Under the pieces are notes generated by a model. That model worked only from the letters and a program-made list of their open reading frames with translations. It ran no database searches and was not told the DNA's origin. This document shows positions 12,291 to 24,680 of a DNA stretch of 60,344 nucleotides, in pieces. The stretch's first letter is position 1; every line of letters starts with the position of its first letter. Source of the DNA: Octopus bimaculoides (Eukaryota); contig NC_068998.1 in assembly GCF_001194135.2 (NCBI RefSeq), positions 30,041,835 to 30,102,178 on the forward strand, written 5' to 3'. The position numbers and the translations under genes were made by a program.

Positions 12291-12834
12291 ATAAAAATAA
12301 AGTCTTAAGTAAGCAAAAATATCATCTGTTCACATGCTTTCTACCATGGAGGTTTAACAACAGCAAAAACATCAGTTATAAAATGAAAACTATGCATTCA
12401 AAAAAATATATATATACCTGTTGAAAAACTACAGATTGGTGTTGCAAAAAATTTTGTGGAACATTGACAAACATGAACTGCTTTGGAAAACAAAGAGAAA
12501 TGAAATATAAGCAAAATGCAACTAGTTTATAGGCTTTATCAGTTATGACTTTACCCAATATAACAATAAGGCAAACAGATTCTGTCAATTTGTAGATGTA
12601 GCACACACACATAAAAAGGGACTTGAAAGATGTAAGTTCACAAATGTACATCTTGAGATATTGAGGATGTGTGAAATGAAAACTTCAACAACCCCACGTA
12701 TAATTGGAGACTATGACTGCCTTTTATTCCTCTCAAGTTAGTAAAATAAGTGCTAGGTGTATACTGAAATCAATTTGTAGTGATGTAAAATGAAAAAATC
12801 ATTCAGTAGCAATTGTTATTACTGCTACTACTAT

Positions 12835-13215
12835 CATTGTTTGGAGCAGTGGGTTGGCAAACCATTAGGACATTGCTGATCTGGCATTTTTAAGCTCTGA
12901 GATCAAAGCTTGCTGAGGTCAACTTTGCCTTGCATTCTTTTAAGATCGATAAAGAACCAGTCGAGTGTTGTGGTTGGTATAATTGACTGGCCCTCTCCCT
13001 TCAAATTTCTGGCCTTGTGTGTATATTAGAAACATTATTCCCATTCTTTAGTGTAGTGGATTGGCAAATTTATTAGTGTTAGATAAAACGTTTTGCATTA
13101 CTTGTTCTGGTTCTTTACATTTAGAGCTCAAATCTTGCTAGTTGATAAAATGAACTAGTAGTCAAGTACTAATTCAATCTAATCAACTTAATATTTTTGG
13201 CCTTGTGCCTATGTT
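12835..13215 (+). mobile_element. Two adjacent degenerate tRNA-derived SINE copies
   Basis: 'ctgagatcaaagcttgctgaggtcaactttgccttgcattcttttaagatcgataaa' resembles the cleaner copies at 18482-18860 and 19555-19770. Confidence 0.6.
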
Positions 13216-13278
13216 AGAAATAATTATTATTACTGTTATTCTGACTTTCATTAACATTACTTTTCAATTTTTTAACAG

Positions 13279-13458
13279 CTATCAAAAGAGAAGAAGAAAA
13301 AACTAAACGCTCTCTAAAAGAATCTGCCAAGAAAGGTGAAAAGGATGCTTGTGTGATTCTTGCTAAGGAGCTGGTCCATTCTAAAAAGGCAGTTTGCAAG
13401 TTGTATGCTGCTAAAGCTCACTTAAATTCAGTTCAGTTAAACATGAAGCAACAACTAG
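13279..13458 (+). CDS. CHMP3: Charged multivesicular body protein 3 (VPS24), internal exon (180 nt, phase 1-1)
   Basis: ttaacag|CT ATC AAA...CAA CTA G|gtaag; IKREEEKTKRSLKESAKKGEKDACVILAKELVHSKKAVCKLYAAKAHLNSVQLNMKQQL aligns from memory with human IQREEEKVKRSVKDAAKKGQKDVCIVLAKEMIRSRKAVSKLYASKAHMNSVLMGMKNQL. Confidence 0.96.
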
Positions 13459-13860
13459 GTAAGAGAGTGAACTTTTGCTTTAATAATAAGAAATTATCAA
13501 AAGACCATAGTTAACTTACTTTTGTAAGAAAATATATTGTTCCAATCATTTTGATGTAGTTCAAACAGTAATTGTATTTTTCTTCACATGCCATATCAAT
13601 CTGATTCTCTTATCTTTTATCTGTTTTAGTCATTGGACTGTAACCATGCTGGGGTACTGCTTTGAAGGATTTAATTCATCAAATTGCCCCCACTATTTAT
13701 TTTTTTAAAGTTTAGTATTTATGCTATTGGTCTCTTTTGTAAAGCCACTAAGTTATGCAATGTAAACAAACCAACACCAATTGTCAGGTAACAGGGAGAG
13801 GAGGGAGCAAGCACAAGCACAGCATTTAGTATCAACCTCTACATATATTCATGACTGATA

Positions 13861-15406
13861 CTCTACTATCCAAAAGTTAAGATCACCTACAAAAGTTAAT
13901 TTCAGTGTCATCAATTTAGATAATTTTTTGGTATAAAAATATGGAATAACATATTGCATAAAGTTTGGGGTTTATTCAATATGGAATAACACTATTTATA
14001 CATATTTTATATTTTATACATATTTTATATTTCTTGACAGCAAGCCTATTTGGCAATGTTGTCAAAATCATTTTAGCATCCACTTTTTGGCAACATTGCA
14101 ATACATTTTGATTATTTACACTCCTCATGTGCTGTGGATGAGATAACATCACTTAATGACTGCATTAAATGTATTATTGTTTCTTTCAGGTTCAATTATT
14201 TAAAATAAGTTAAATTAATGAAATTCCTAAAAATCAACCTGAATATAGGCAAACTCAGTTATTTATCACCTGAAAAGAGACAAGACATTGTCACATACAT
14301 AGTGAAGGCTATAGTTTTCGAGATGTAGCCAAGAAAGTTAAAGTTTACTACACTGCCATCCACTCCACCATTGTAAGGTATAATGACAGGTAAAAATAAC
14401 AACAGAGCTCAGTTAGATCGTCCAAAAGTGACTTCTTAATCACAGGATAAGTTCATTGGAGTCACCAGTCTTTGAAATAGGTGCCTGACAGCAAATGAAA
14501 TTGCTGCACAAGTAAGTGAAGTTGGCGAAGCTAATGTGTCTCCTACAACCATGTGGAGAAGAGTCATTGCTGCCAGTCTAAATGGCCATTGTGCTGCCAG
14601 AAGACCACTGCTTTAACCTGTGAATAAAGGTAAGCGACTCATATGCGCCAGAAAATACCAAACTTAGACCATTGATCAACGGGAAAGAGTCCTCTGAACT
14701 GATGACTTAAAGATTGAAATCTTCAGATCCTAGCATAGAGTTTATGTGAGACAAGGAATTGGTGAATGGATGGTGGGGAAGTGTGATGAACTGGGTGTGT
14801 TTTGCAGGCAATAGTGTTGAGGGTACTCATTGGGTAACAGCAATATTGAATCAAAATGGGTATCACTCTATCCTCCAGCATCATGCTATTCCATCTGGGA
14901 TGAGGCTGATTGGTGATAATTTCATGTTCATTCAAGATAACACTCTTAAACATACTTATAAGCTATGCAGAAATTATTTAGAGAAGAAAATGGATGAAAA
15001 AATAGTTGACTATAATAGAATGGCCAGCCCAATTCCCTGATTACAATCCCATTGAAAGTGTGGGGGATGAATTGGATTGCAGAGTCAAAAGTCAACAACC
15101 AAGTAGTGCAGAAACCTTTGGACACTCTTACAAGAAGAGTGGCGAACATTTGCTTTCATTGGTCAAAAGAATGCCCAGAGTATGCTCAGCAATGATCAAG
15201 GCTAAGGGCTGATATTTCGATAAATCTAAGATTCAGAGTTTTTCTCTGATTTTTCAGAGCTTTGTTTACTTACTGAGTTAATTATGTCATCTAATGAATG
15301 TAACTGTACATTAATAAAATATTCCACCAGAACCTCTAGTTATTTCCATTTTGTAGATGTTTTTTCAAAATAAGTTTAGGTGATCTTAAACTTTGGGATA
15401 GTAGTA
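13861..15406 (+). mobile_element. Full-span, decayed Tc1 transposon (~1.55 kb)
   Basis: TIRs CTCTACTATCCAAAAGTTAAGATCACC / GGTGATCTTAAACTTTGGGATAGTAGTA with flanking TA; remnants FIQDNTLKH and WPAQFPDYNPIESVGDEL. Confidence 0.9.
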
Positions 15407-16129
15407 TAAACCCCCAAAATATCTTTGATCCCTTTGTCACCACTAACACGATAGTGATTGTCCAGATTGAGCTAAATATATAATTGTTTATACGTAGGAA
15501 GTAAAATTATTCAATGAATTGAGTATTATTTATATTTTATTGATTATTTCATGTAGTTTTTGTGGTGGAGAGAAAAAAGATCAGAACTTCTCAATTGTTA
15601 CTAATCACTGCTTCACTCCCTGCAAGTGGGTTTTTTGAAATCCTGTATTTGTGGAAGGAAAGGGCAGTAGGAATTAATATATCAAGAAATTGTGTAATCT
15701 TCTGGTTGAAGGCACCCAAAATCCAGATAGTATATCAAACTATGCAACGTGTTAAGTTTACCTCCTCACCAGTAGAATAAAAGTTACATAGAGGATTTTA
15801 TCATGGTACTAAAGAGATCTTTCTTGATTTAAGCTTCTTCAACCCTGGACTAGTGAATATGTCTGGCATTTTGCCACCATCTCCATCCTGCAGTCTCCCA
15901 CTCTTGCTCTCTCTTTCTCCTGCACTTCCCTCAGGTTGGGCAACTGTGTATTTTCATTGCAGTAGCACATCTGTTTCTGTCTTCATTCCTGATCTTTCTC
16001 TCTCCATCTGGGCAACTTTATTATTCTTCTACCGCAAGACACCTGTATCTGTCTCACTATAATCTTTTCATCATCACCTCCTCCAATGCCTCCTCCCTTC
16101 TTAAAAGTTTTTGTCTTGCAAGTATTTGG

Positions 16130-16397
16130 TGACCCTGTTAGTGCAGGTACCACTTCAAAGCACCCAGTCCACACTGTAAAGTGGTTGTTGTTTGGAAGGG
16201 CATCCAGCTGTAAAAACCTTACCAAAACTGTCCTTGCTTGTGCTTGTGCCACATAAAAAGCACTAAATCCAGCCTGCTGTAAAAATCCTGTCAAAACAAT
16301 CACAGAAGTCTGGTGCAGGCTTCAGCCTAGTCAGCTCTTGTGGTACTGTCCCACCAATGCTAGCATGGAACATGGACGTTAATTGATGATGATGATG
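16130..16397 (+). mobile_element. RTE 3'-UTR/SINE-like repeat with (GAT)n tail
   Basis: 'gtggttgttgtttggaagggcatccagctgtaaaaacc...gctagcatggaacatggacgttaattgatgatgatgatg'. Confidence 0.75.
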
Positions 16398-17722
16398 TAA
16401 AATTCAAGAAATCAAAATTTTGCCAGAATCTTTTACAATCCATATCAATATATTAATTAGATGTATATGTTTCTTTATATTTAATGACTTTAGTACATTT
16501 CCATGCACAAAATTTGACCAATTTCTCACATTGTTCTGACATAATTTTATTCCATCCTTCCTGAAGTTTTTCTCACAAAATTGTAACATTCACAGGTCAG
16601 TGCTCTCTGATTTTATCGACAAGTATCCTTCATAAGTTTCCAATGGGATTAAGGTCAGGGCTTTGAGCTGGCCAATGCATCACAGTAAGGTTTTCAGCTT
16701 CAAACACCTCCTTAACTATTTTAGCACTGTGACATGGGGCATTATCCTGCATAAAGATTGGCTGAGTTGGAGATGACTTCGTAGCTGGCACATGTTGCAG
16801 AATGATGTTTTTGTATATGGCTGCATTCACATTATCATGGATGTGGATCAAAGGCCCAAGACCTGCTGTGGAAATCATTCCCCACACTATTAAACACCCA
16901 CCTCCAAACTTCACTGATTTTTCATGCATTTAGGGAGCAATCTTTCACTTTTACATTTCACATATTGACCACCATTGGAGCCAACCAAATCAAGCTTACT
17001 TTCATCACTGAAGAACACATGCAACCAGTTGTCATCTGTCCAAAATATGTGCTCATTGGCAAAGATTAACCTCGCTTTTCAGTTCTTCCTACTGATGAGA
17101 GGTTTAGTGGCAGGGGAATGGGCATGAAGTTCAACTTCCTTCAAACAACAAGTCACATTCTTCTGAGACACATTCATTCTGTAGTCACAATTTACTTGGC
17201 AAGAAATTCCTGCAGCAGTATCGAAACAGTCTCTTAATGACAGCCTCTGAATCACACAGTCTTGCTGAACACTTGTTTTCCATGGTCTCCCTTGTTTTTC
17301 TAATGACACAAACAAGCTTGTTTCTTCATAAAGCTTGAGTATTCTTGAAACAGCACTCTTTGATCTGTTAATGTCTCTAGTGATAGCAGAAATTGCCATT
17401 CCTTCTTTTTCCAGTATGACCACTTGCTCCCTGAGGGTTTCATCAACTTTATGTCAGCTTTCCATGGTTGTTAATTTACTACCATTCAATATAAATTTTC
17501 ACACTGTTAGGTCAACTTAGTTTTCATTGATTGGAGTGTTGCCAGATTTTTACTTTTTGAATTTTACACCATATGTTCTCTAATTTTGTCCGTCTTGTAT
17601 TTCTCAAATAAACATTTTTTCTATTATAAAATATTTAGTTATTAATCATTTTCTATGAAAATGAAGTAGAAATGTAAATATCTTTAAATTTTATTTTCAT
17701 TCTATAATTTTGGCCACTGCTG
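16398..17722 (-). mobile_element. Decayed Tc1 transposon with one recognisable TIR
   Basis: FGGGCLIVWGMIS, FMQDNAPCH and WPAQSPDLNPIGNL on the minus strand; TIR CAGCAGTGGCCAAAATTATAG plus TA at 17722-17724. Confidence 0.88.
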
Positions 17723-17889
17723 TACACACACACACGTACGCACACACACACACACACACACACACTTTGATTGGATGTGCTCATTATATGATATTTATTC
17801 CATAGAAATTTTGGCTCTGATTGTTAATCACATTAAACACTCATTATTGCATATCCACACAGTGTCCTGTACAGTTTGAGGTGGGTTTC

Positions 17890-18400
17890 AATGTAATATA
17901 AGAGCACATCAATAATAAGAAAGTAGTAACTCATAATGCCACTTGTTACTATTTCAAATCCATGGTCAGACTTATTAGGAGGATGATTTCCACACACCAA
18001 CACTCATTTAACAATGTCAAACACCAGCTGTCTACATCCCTAGTTGAACACATATTCAATCTGAAGGCAAAGGAAGTCAAATGTAAAACCGACTGGTCTG
18101 TTATCAATGTGGCTTCTCTACTAACCTCCTAGACATTAGTGCAGACCTTGCCTACATGAGGTCATCACCATAATCACAGCTGATGGCCTTTCCCTAATCA
18201 ATAAGCATAATGAGCTGGTAAACATTGCCTGAGGTGCCTACATAACATCTACTCAAGGTAGTCCATACCTTTGTATTGGTATCCTTCCCCTCACTCTCCT
18301 CCTCCCATCCCAACTATGTACTCAGTAAACCTTTATTGCATGTTAAATGAACTTTTTGTCATTTATTGTTGTGCCATAATGTAGAACCCACTCTGGGTGC
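17890..18400 (+). mobile_element. PLE (Naiad-like) GIY-YIG endonuclease remnant
   Basis: THQHSFNNVKHQLSTSLVEHIFNLKAKEVKCKTDWSVI then C.PCLHEVITI...LINKHNELV resembles the Naiad-type motif HxxSF..TxLSxHIWxLK..W..CxLCLxE..LNKRxEL. Confidence 0.65.
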
Positions 18401-18481
18401 ATTAGGGTGCTTGTTATTGTAATCATTTTTATCACTATTGTTATTTCTTTATTATTATTATTATTATTATTATTACTTGCA

Positions 18482-18860
18482 TAAGGTGGCAAGCTGGCAG
18501 AATTGTTAGCACACTCAGCAAAATGCTTAGCAGTATTTTGTGTCTTTACGTTCGGAGTTCAAATTCCACCAAGGTCAACTTTGCTTTTCATCCTTTCAGG
18601 GTCAATGAAATAAGTACCAGATGAGGGGTTACTTTAATCAACTAGTCCCCTCTCCCAAATTTCAGGTTTTGTGCCTACAGTAGAAAGGATTATTATTAGT
18701 AGTAGCATAAGGTGGCGAGCTGGCAGAATCATTAGCACGCCAGGCAAAATGATTAGTGGCATTTTGTCCAGCTTTATATTCTGAGTTCAAATTGCGCCAA
18801 GGCTGACCTTACCTCTCATCCTTTCGGAGTCTAAAAATAAGTACCAGCATGTATCAGACT
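18482..18860 (+). mobile_element. Two tandem tRNA-derived SINEs
   Basis: Head 'aaggtggcgagctggcagaatc' (A-box-like) and 'gagttcaaattcc' (B-box-like), each seen twice; another copy at 19555-19770. Confidence 0.8.
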
Positions 18861-19380
18861 GATTGGCCACAGCTGGACAGATTGTGCCTCATCTTCTCCC
18901 ATGTGATGTCCTTCGTTAGTGTTAACAACAGTGGACAAGCTAATAAAAAAAACATAATAGATGTGTCTACATGTCTGAGCCTGTTTGGGTATGTCACTGT
19001 GTGTAAACAGGTGTGGGTGTGAGCATATTAATATGTATCTGTACGTATGTACATGTGTATGTGGGTATGTGACTTGATGTCTTTCAATAAAGATGTCACA
19101 AACCCTAGCAGTATTTGTTTATTACACCCAGAATACCAGCCACCTGATTTGTTATCTATATGCTTACCTGTCTCCCCTCTTGTAAGGCTACATTAATTGT
19201 GACCTATTTCCACAAACTTTGGTCAGTGGTTCACCCTCATTCTTACTGACACCAGTCTACATTTGTGCGGTCATTATCCTATCCTTCCATTCTTATCCCC
19301 TCTCTAACCTTGTCCCATTTGGGTATTTAAATTTAATTACTACATATTTGACTTGTATTTCTAGCTTCATTTCTAGCTTC

Positions 19381-19491
19381 TCTGTCTGAAGACATGTTTG
19401 CTTATGCATGCTGCCTTTATGAGGTGCATCTGCAGATAGCATCTATATTGTAACATCATGTGTTACCAAATGCTGAAATATATGTAACAGA
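19381..19491 (+). ncRNA. Type I hammerhead motif with large branched stem II, slightly degenerate
   Basis: TCTGT-CTGAAGA-CATGTTTG...GTAACA-TCATG-TGTTAC-CAAATGCT-GAAA-TATATG-TA-ACAGA; perfect 5-bp stem I; GUA triplet; lies downstream of the PLE endonuclease remnant. Confidence 0.65.
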
Positions 19492-19554
19492 TGAAATAAG
19501 GAATCCCAAGTTCAAGCCTATGTTCTTCATATTTCTCTCATTATATATGTATTA

Positions 19555-19770
19555 AGGCAGCAAGCTGGCAGAATCATTTGCATGCCAGGTGAAATGCCTA
19601 GCAGTATTTCATTCATCTTTATGTTCTGAGTTCAAATTCCACCGAGGTCAACTTTGCCTTTCATCCTTTTGGGGTCAATAAATTAAGAACCAGTGATACA
19701 CTGGGGTCAACGTGATCAACTAGTCCCTTCCCCCAAAATTTCAGGCCTTGTGCCTTTTACTAAAGGATTA
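19555..19770 (+). mobile_element. tRNA-derived SINE
   Basis: 'aaggcagcaagctggcagaatc...ctgagttcaaattccaccgaggtcaactttgcctttcatcctttt'. Confidence 0.8.
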
Positions 19771-20110
19771 TGTATGTATGTACATACATATATATAATAA
19801 TCACTAATGATGATGATGATATATCATCATCATCATTGTTTAATGTCCACCTTCCATGCTGGCATAGGTTGGATGGTTTGACAGGAGTCAGCTAGACAGA
19901 AGACTGCACCAGACTTCTGTGTATGTTTCAGCATGGTTTTTATGGTTGGATGCTCTTCCTAACACCACCCACCCTGCAGAGTGAACTGAGTGTTTTTTTA
20001 CGTGGCACCAGCACAAGTGAGGTTTGTCTTGGCATGCTTTTTTACAGCTGGATGCCCTTCTAAATGCCAACCACTTTACAGTGTGGACTGAATGCTTTTC
20101 CAAATGCAGA

Positions 20111-20918
20111 TAACATCACTGCATTGTTGATAGAACAGCAGTAGGCTCTTGTGAGGTTGCAAGCATCTGAGCAGCTCTCTCTTGGATAGTAGAAGTCTGG
20201 AAAACGTCTAGAAAAGGTGGCCCAAACCAAACAATTGCCTATTCAACCATCAAGTTGGTCAGCAACCTGCAACTGACAGCTGTTCACATTAAGAGGAAGC
20301 ACACAGAAAAAACACTTAGAAAACATGCAAGCAAGAAATACAGGTTAAGCATGAGAACATGAAATGTTAGAACACTTTTTGATCACAAAGGGTCAAGTAA
20401 CCCCGAACAATGAACCGGCATAATAACAAAGTTGACTTAATACATTATTGACATTGCTGCACTCTCAGACACCCAGTTCAGCAATGAAGATCAATTGACA
20501 GAAGCAGGTGCTGGAAGGATAAGCCAAAGGGTGAAAAACGAGAAGGGCATGTTGGTATTCTTACAGAGTTAATCTCCCCCCCCCCCACACACACACACAC
20601 ATACACATGAAAGCCAAAGTAAGATGACTGAATGATTATGTATATCAGATTTGGAGGAAGAGAGGGTGTTATCCATGTCATGTAAGCATGTAGCATTGCC
20701 ATCAACATGTAGATATCTCTTCAAGTCACATAGCAATGGAGTAGTGGCAACATGTGCACGCTTAACAAGCTGGAAGCACATAGTCACAAATCTTCATGTA
20801 GAGAGCTCAAGGCCTAACTAACATCACTGCATTGTTGATAGAACAGCAGCAGGTTCCTACAAGGTTGCAAGCATCTGAGCAGCTCTCTCTAGGGTAGTAC
20901 TGCTCAATCAGAAGTCTG
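20111..20918 (+). mobile_element. Internally deleted RTE fragment bounded by ~90-100-bp direct repeats
   Basis: Repeats at 20111-20199 and 20819-20918; interior reads NVRTLFDH..., IDIAALSDTQFSNEDQLTEAGAG (start of RTE endonuclease). Confidence 0.55.
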
Positions 20919-21049
20919 AGAAAGGAAAACCTTTAACCTGGATATTAGAGTTGTAGGTTTCTCATTAGTTCTCCCAAAATATATTCCTTTTCTCCAATTT
21001 TTGACAAGGCTTTTTACATCTACTGGGCAGTTGATCTCTATAACATTAG

Positions 21050-22740
21050 TCATCATCATTTAGCATGTTTTCTATGCCGGCATGGGTTAGATGGTTTGAC
21101 TGGAACTAATAAACTGGCTCCAGTCTGCACCAAAAGTCTGTCACTTATCATCACCTCCATGAGACTCAACATCTGAAGATCATATTTCACCACCTCGTCC
21201 CATGTCTTCCTGGGTCTACCTTTTCCACAGGTTCCTTCTACAGTTTGAGATCAGTACTTCTTTATGCAGCTGTCTTCGTCTATATGCATCACATGGCCAT
21301 ACCAGGTCAGTCTTCTCTCTTACACTCAACATCTGATGCTTCTTATACCCAATTTTTCTCTTAAGGCACTCACGCTCTATTGTATGTGCATACTGACATT
21401 GCACATCTAGCAGAGCATACTAGCTTCCTTTCTTTCAAGCTTTCGCATGTCCTCTGAAGATACAGCCTATGTTTCACTGCCATGTAACATGGCTTTTCCC
21501 ACACAGGCATCATACAATCTGCTTTTCATTCTGAGGGAGAGACCCTTTATTACCAACAAAGGCAGCAGCTCTCTGAACTCTGCCCAGTCCATTCATATTC
21601 TAGTATCTACATTCTCAGAGCATCCTTCTCCACTGTTGATTTGGTCATCTAGGTAATGGAAGCTATCTACTACTTCTAAATATTTCTCGGGCATTTGACA
21701 AAATCTATTCTTTGTACATTCCAAGTGTTTATTGTACTTATACATCTGCCACACACAAAAACTACTTTCTCTGTTAGCCTTCCTTTGATACTGCTGCACT
21801 TCTTATGTGCCCATAGCTAGCACTGGGTACACCTTATGGAGTTTCTACCTACACCATTTCTACACATCAAGCAGGGCCATCTCCCTGAAGGGGTTTGTGT
21901 TTTGTCTACCTTCCTACTTATTAGGACTTAGACTTTGATCTTTGCTAAATTAACTATAATACCCTTTGATTCCAGACCTTGCTTCCATGCCTGAATTTTT
22001 TTCTCTAGTTCTGGTAGTAATTTAGCTATAAGAACAAGGTCATCAGCATAGAGGAGCTCGCAAGGGTAGCTCATCTTAAATTCCTGTTAAGGCCTGGAGG
22101 ACTATGATGAACAAGAGGAGACTGAAAACCAGTCCCTGGTGAACTCCTACATGTACGTTGAATTCATTGCTGAACTTGTTGCCAACTTTCACCTTACTGA
22201 CAGTATCCCTGTAAATGGCTTCTATAGCTCTCATCAACCACTCATCTATTCCTAGCTTTTGCTTTGACTACCAGATAAGGGAGTGGGAGACCCTGTTAAA
22301 GGCTTTCTCCGTGTTAACAAAAGCCAAGTACAGAGATTTATTTTTGGCTAAGTATTTCTACTGCTGCCTTACCAGTAATATAGTGTTAGTAGTGCTTCTC
22401 CCCATCACAAAACCAAACTGCATCTTATCTACAATAACTCTCTTCCTAATTAGTTGAGCTATAACCCTCTCTATAACTTTTATTACTTGGTCCAGCAATT
22501 TGATACCTCTGTAATTATTTCTAAGGCATCACTTTTACCTTTGTAGCAGTTGACTATAATGCTCCTATACAAGTTGCTGGGTGTTACCCCCTCAAGGACA
22601 ACCTGATTAACTATACAGGTGACAAGGCCATATTCCACTCTGCCAAATATTTTGAGCATCTCAATGGTGAATCCTAATGGGCCCGGGGCTTTCCCTGCCT
22701 TCATATCATGAATTTTTCTCCCTATCCTATTCAACAATAA
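21050..22740 (-). mobile_element. Decayed RTE-family LINE (RT with embedded PHD finger)
   Basis: MKAGKAPGPLG, NCYKGK, YADDL-type region, WPCLMCRNGVGRNSIRCTQC*LWAHKKC...VCGRC, DSFHYLDD; homologous to 45590-47440 and 55245-57310. Confidence 0.85.
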
Positions 22741-22744
22741 TTGG

Positions 22745-24350
22745 CCTATTTTACTTATATTAGACTGTAGTTTTATTGGAATATTCCACCAGTATTCTTT
22801 ATTTTTAAAGATCTAGATACTTTCTGATTCTGGTGTTCCTTTGCTGTGACTATCAGAACAATCCTTTCTGTGTTCGGCATTGCAGATGGTTTTAGTGACT
22901 GTCATGTCTCATGGGAAGGTTGTATCTTGAGACATTTTTGGACAGCTGCTGATTATGTGGTGATTTCTTTCACACTAGTATGGAATATATGACATGTTTT
23001 TATCACAATGTGGGTATCTAAAAGCACCCTTATCTCTCTTATTGATCAGCTATTTAGTAGCTCTCCCCTTTTCTTGAAAATCAAATGTGTAGCCTTCAAG
23101 ATGAGTTGTTTAGTGCAGGTCCAGGAGAGGCTCCTCCTGTCAGTACTGTTGGTATTTTCCAGTTTGTGGGATTTGTACCCATGCGTAACTTTATGCTGGT
23201 ATAATGAGTATTTCTCTTCCAAGTCTCTGTTTAAGTAGATCAGTCCAGCTGCTATTGGTTTACATGGAACAGCTGTACACTCAGGTTCCTGTTCAAGAGT
23301 TCTTATCCCAACCTCGTGATGTTATTTCCTTCACTGTTGACTATGCACTTAATGTACTAATTTCTCTCTCTCCTGTTCTGTAGGTGTTGCCTTAGTGACA
23401 CTCTACATCTTTCAAAGGTTGTCTAAACTGATGATAAGTCATTTCCTCTATCCCTCCATTTAACATAAATCCTGTCAGTATCATTGTTACTATCTTCCTA
23501 GTCTTGATATCTAAGTAGCAGATTTCTTCAAGTGTTTGGTATTCCAGATATTGCACTGGCATTGCAAAAGAATTGTGGAATTTGATATTGAACATCGAAA
23601 ACTCTGACTTCTATATCTTCCAAAGTTTGCTGAAGTATTCTTTTGTCACTGTAGCTTTATTCACAACACAACATAGTAATATTCTTGTTGATTCCATTGT
23701 ATTTGTAATATTCATCACTAGTGATAGGGAAGATAGACAAACCTAGCTGAGAATATTTCCTTGTTTAACTACCAAATTTATCCTGACCTATGTGTGATCA
23801 GTTCTGTCTCTTTAAGGTCATAAAAATAAAAACAGTATAGGTAACATTAATTTTTCTTTCATCTGTAGGTTTTATCATGTAGCATTTGTATTTCCATAAT
23901 GTAAAGCATTACAGATGAGCTATCACTCAGAAATATCCCTGTTGATAGCCTAATTATGACTATAGTGGTGGCTTCAGTTTGTATCAATAGCTCTGTGGAC
24001 CATATTGTTGTCAGTCTCTTTGATATGGACTATAGTAATTAGAATATTAGCAAGGTATAGTGTGACTCAGTTATCCATGAATAAGGAATGTACCCAAATG
24101 CCCTCTTATAGTCTAACTATACAGTCGGCCAGTTATGGCAGAGCTGTTTTGCTTCCTTAAATACGGCATTGTTGATGAAGAGCTGTTCAGATCAGCTCCA
24201 TACTCCTTTCTTTTCTTATGAATGCTCATTTGTCACTACAGTGTGTGTTCCACAATGATACTGGAGGAATGCATTCTAACAACCTGTGATCTATGTTGTT
24301 CGCAGCTATTATCTAATGTTATTATCCAATTTCATACTCATTTCTTTAAT
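22745..24350 (-). mobile_element. Highly decayed RLE-type (R4/Dong-like) non-LTR retrotransposon
   Basis: HNSFAMPVQY..EEICYLDIKTRKIVTM resembles the INTFAxP..LDxKTRKxxT thumb motif; WWNIPIK..NRP resembles the start of the RLE domain. Confidence 0.5.
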
Positions 24351-24680
24351 GACCCAATGTAGGTGTTATGCAAACTAAAGAACAATCAATATGAAATCTG
24401 TCCAAAACATAACTGATTTTTTTTTAACAGTACACTAACCAGTCAGCACAGCATGCTTACAACTACTGCGCTCTGTATAGGTGACTTTGACCTTCACTCT
24501 AATAATAACCACATCAATTCATTAAATACAATGCAAGAATGAAGGTATCTTTAGTGTACTTGTTAGTTTGTTGCAAGTTAAACAATGGAGAATGTAGAAG
24601 AGCAATGCATTTGTGTGAAATCTGCTTAAAATTGTGAAAAAGTTTTACAGAAACTTTTCTAATCCTAGGATTTAAATGTA

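Noticed and set aside
14697-14730. CTGATGA...GAAA hammerhead-like core
   Set aside because: It is the Tc1 coding motif WTDxxKIEIF; no stem I or stem II pairing.
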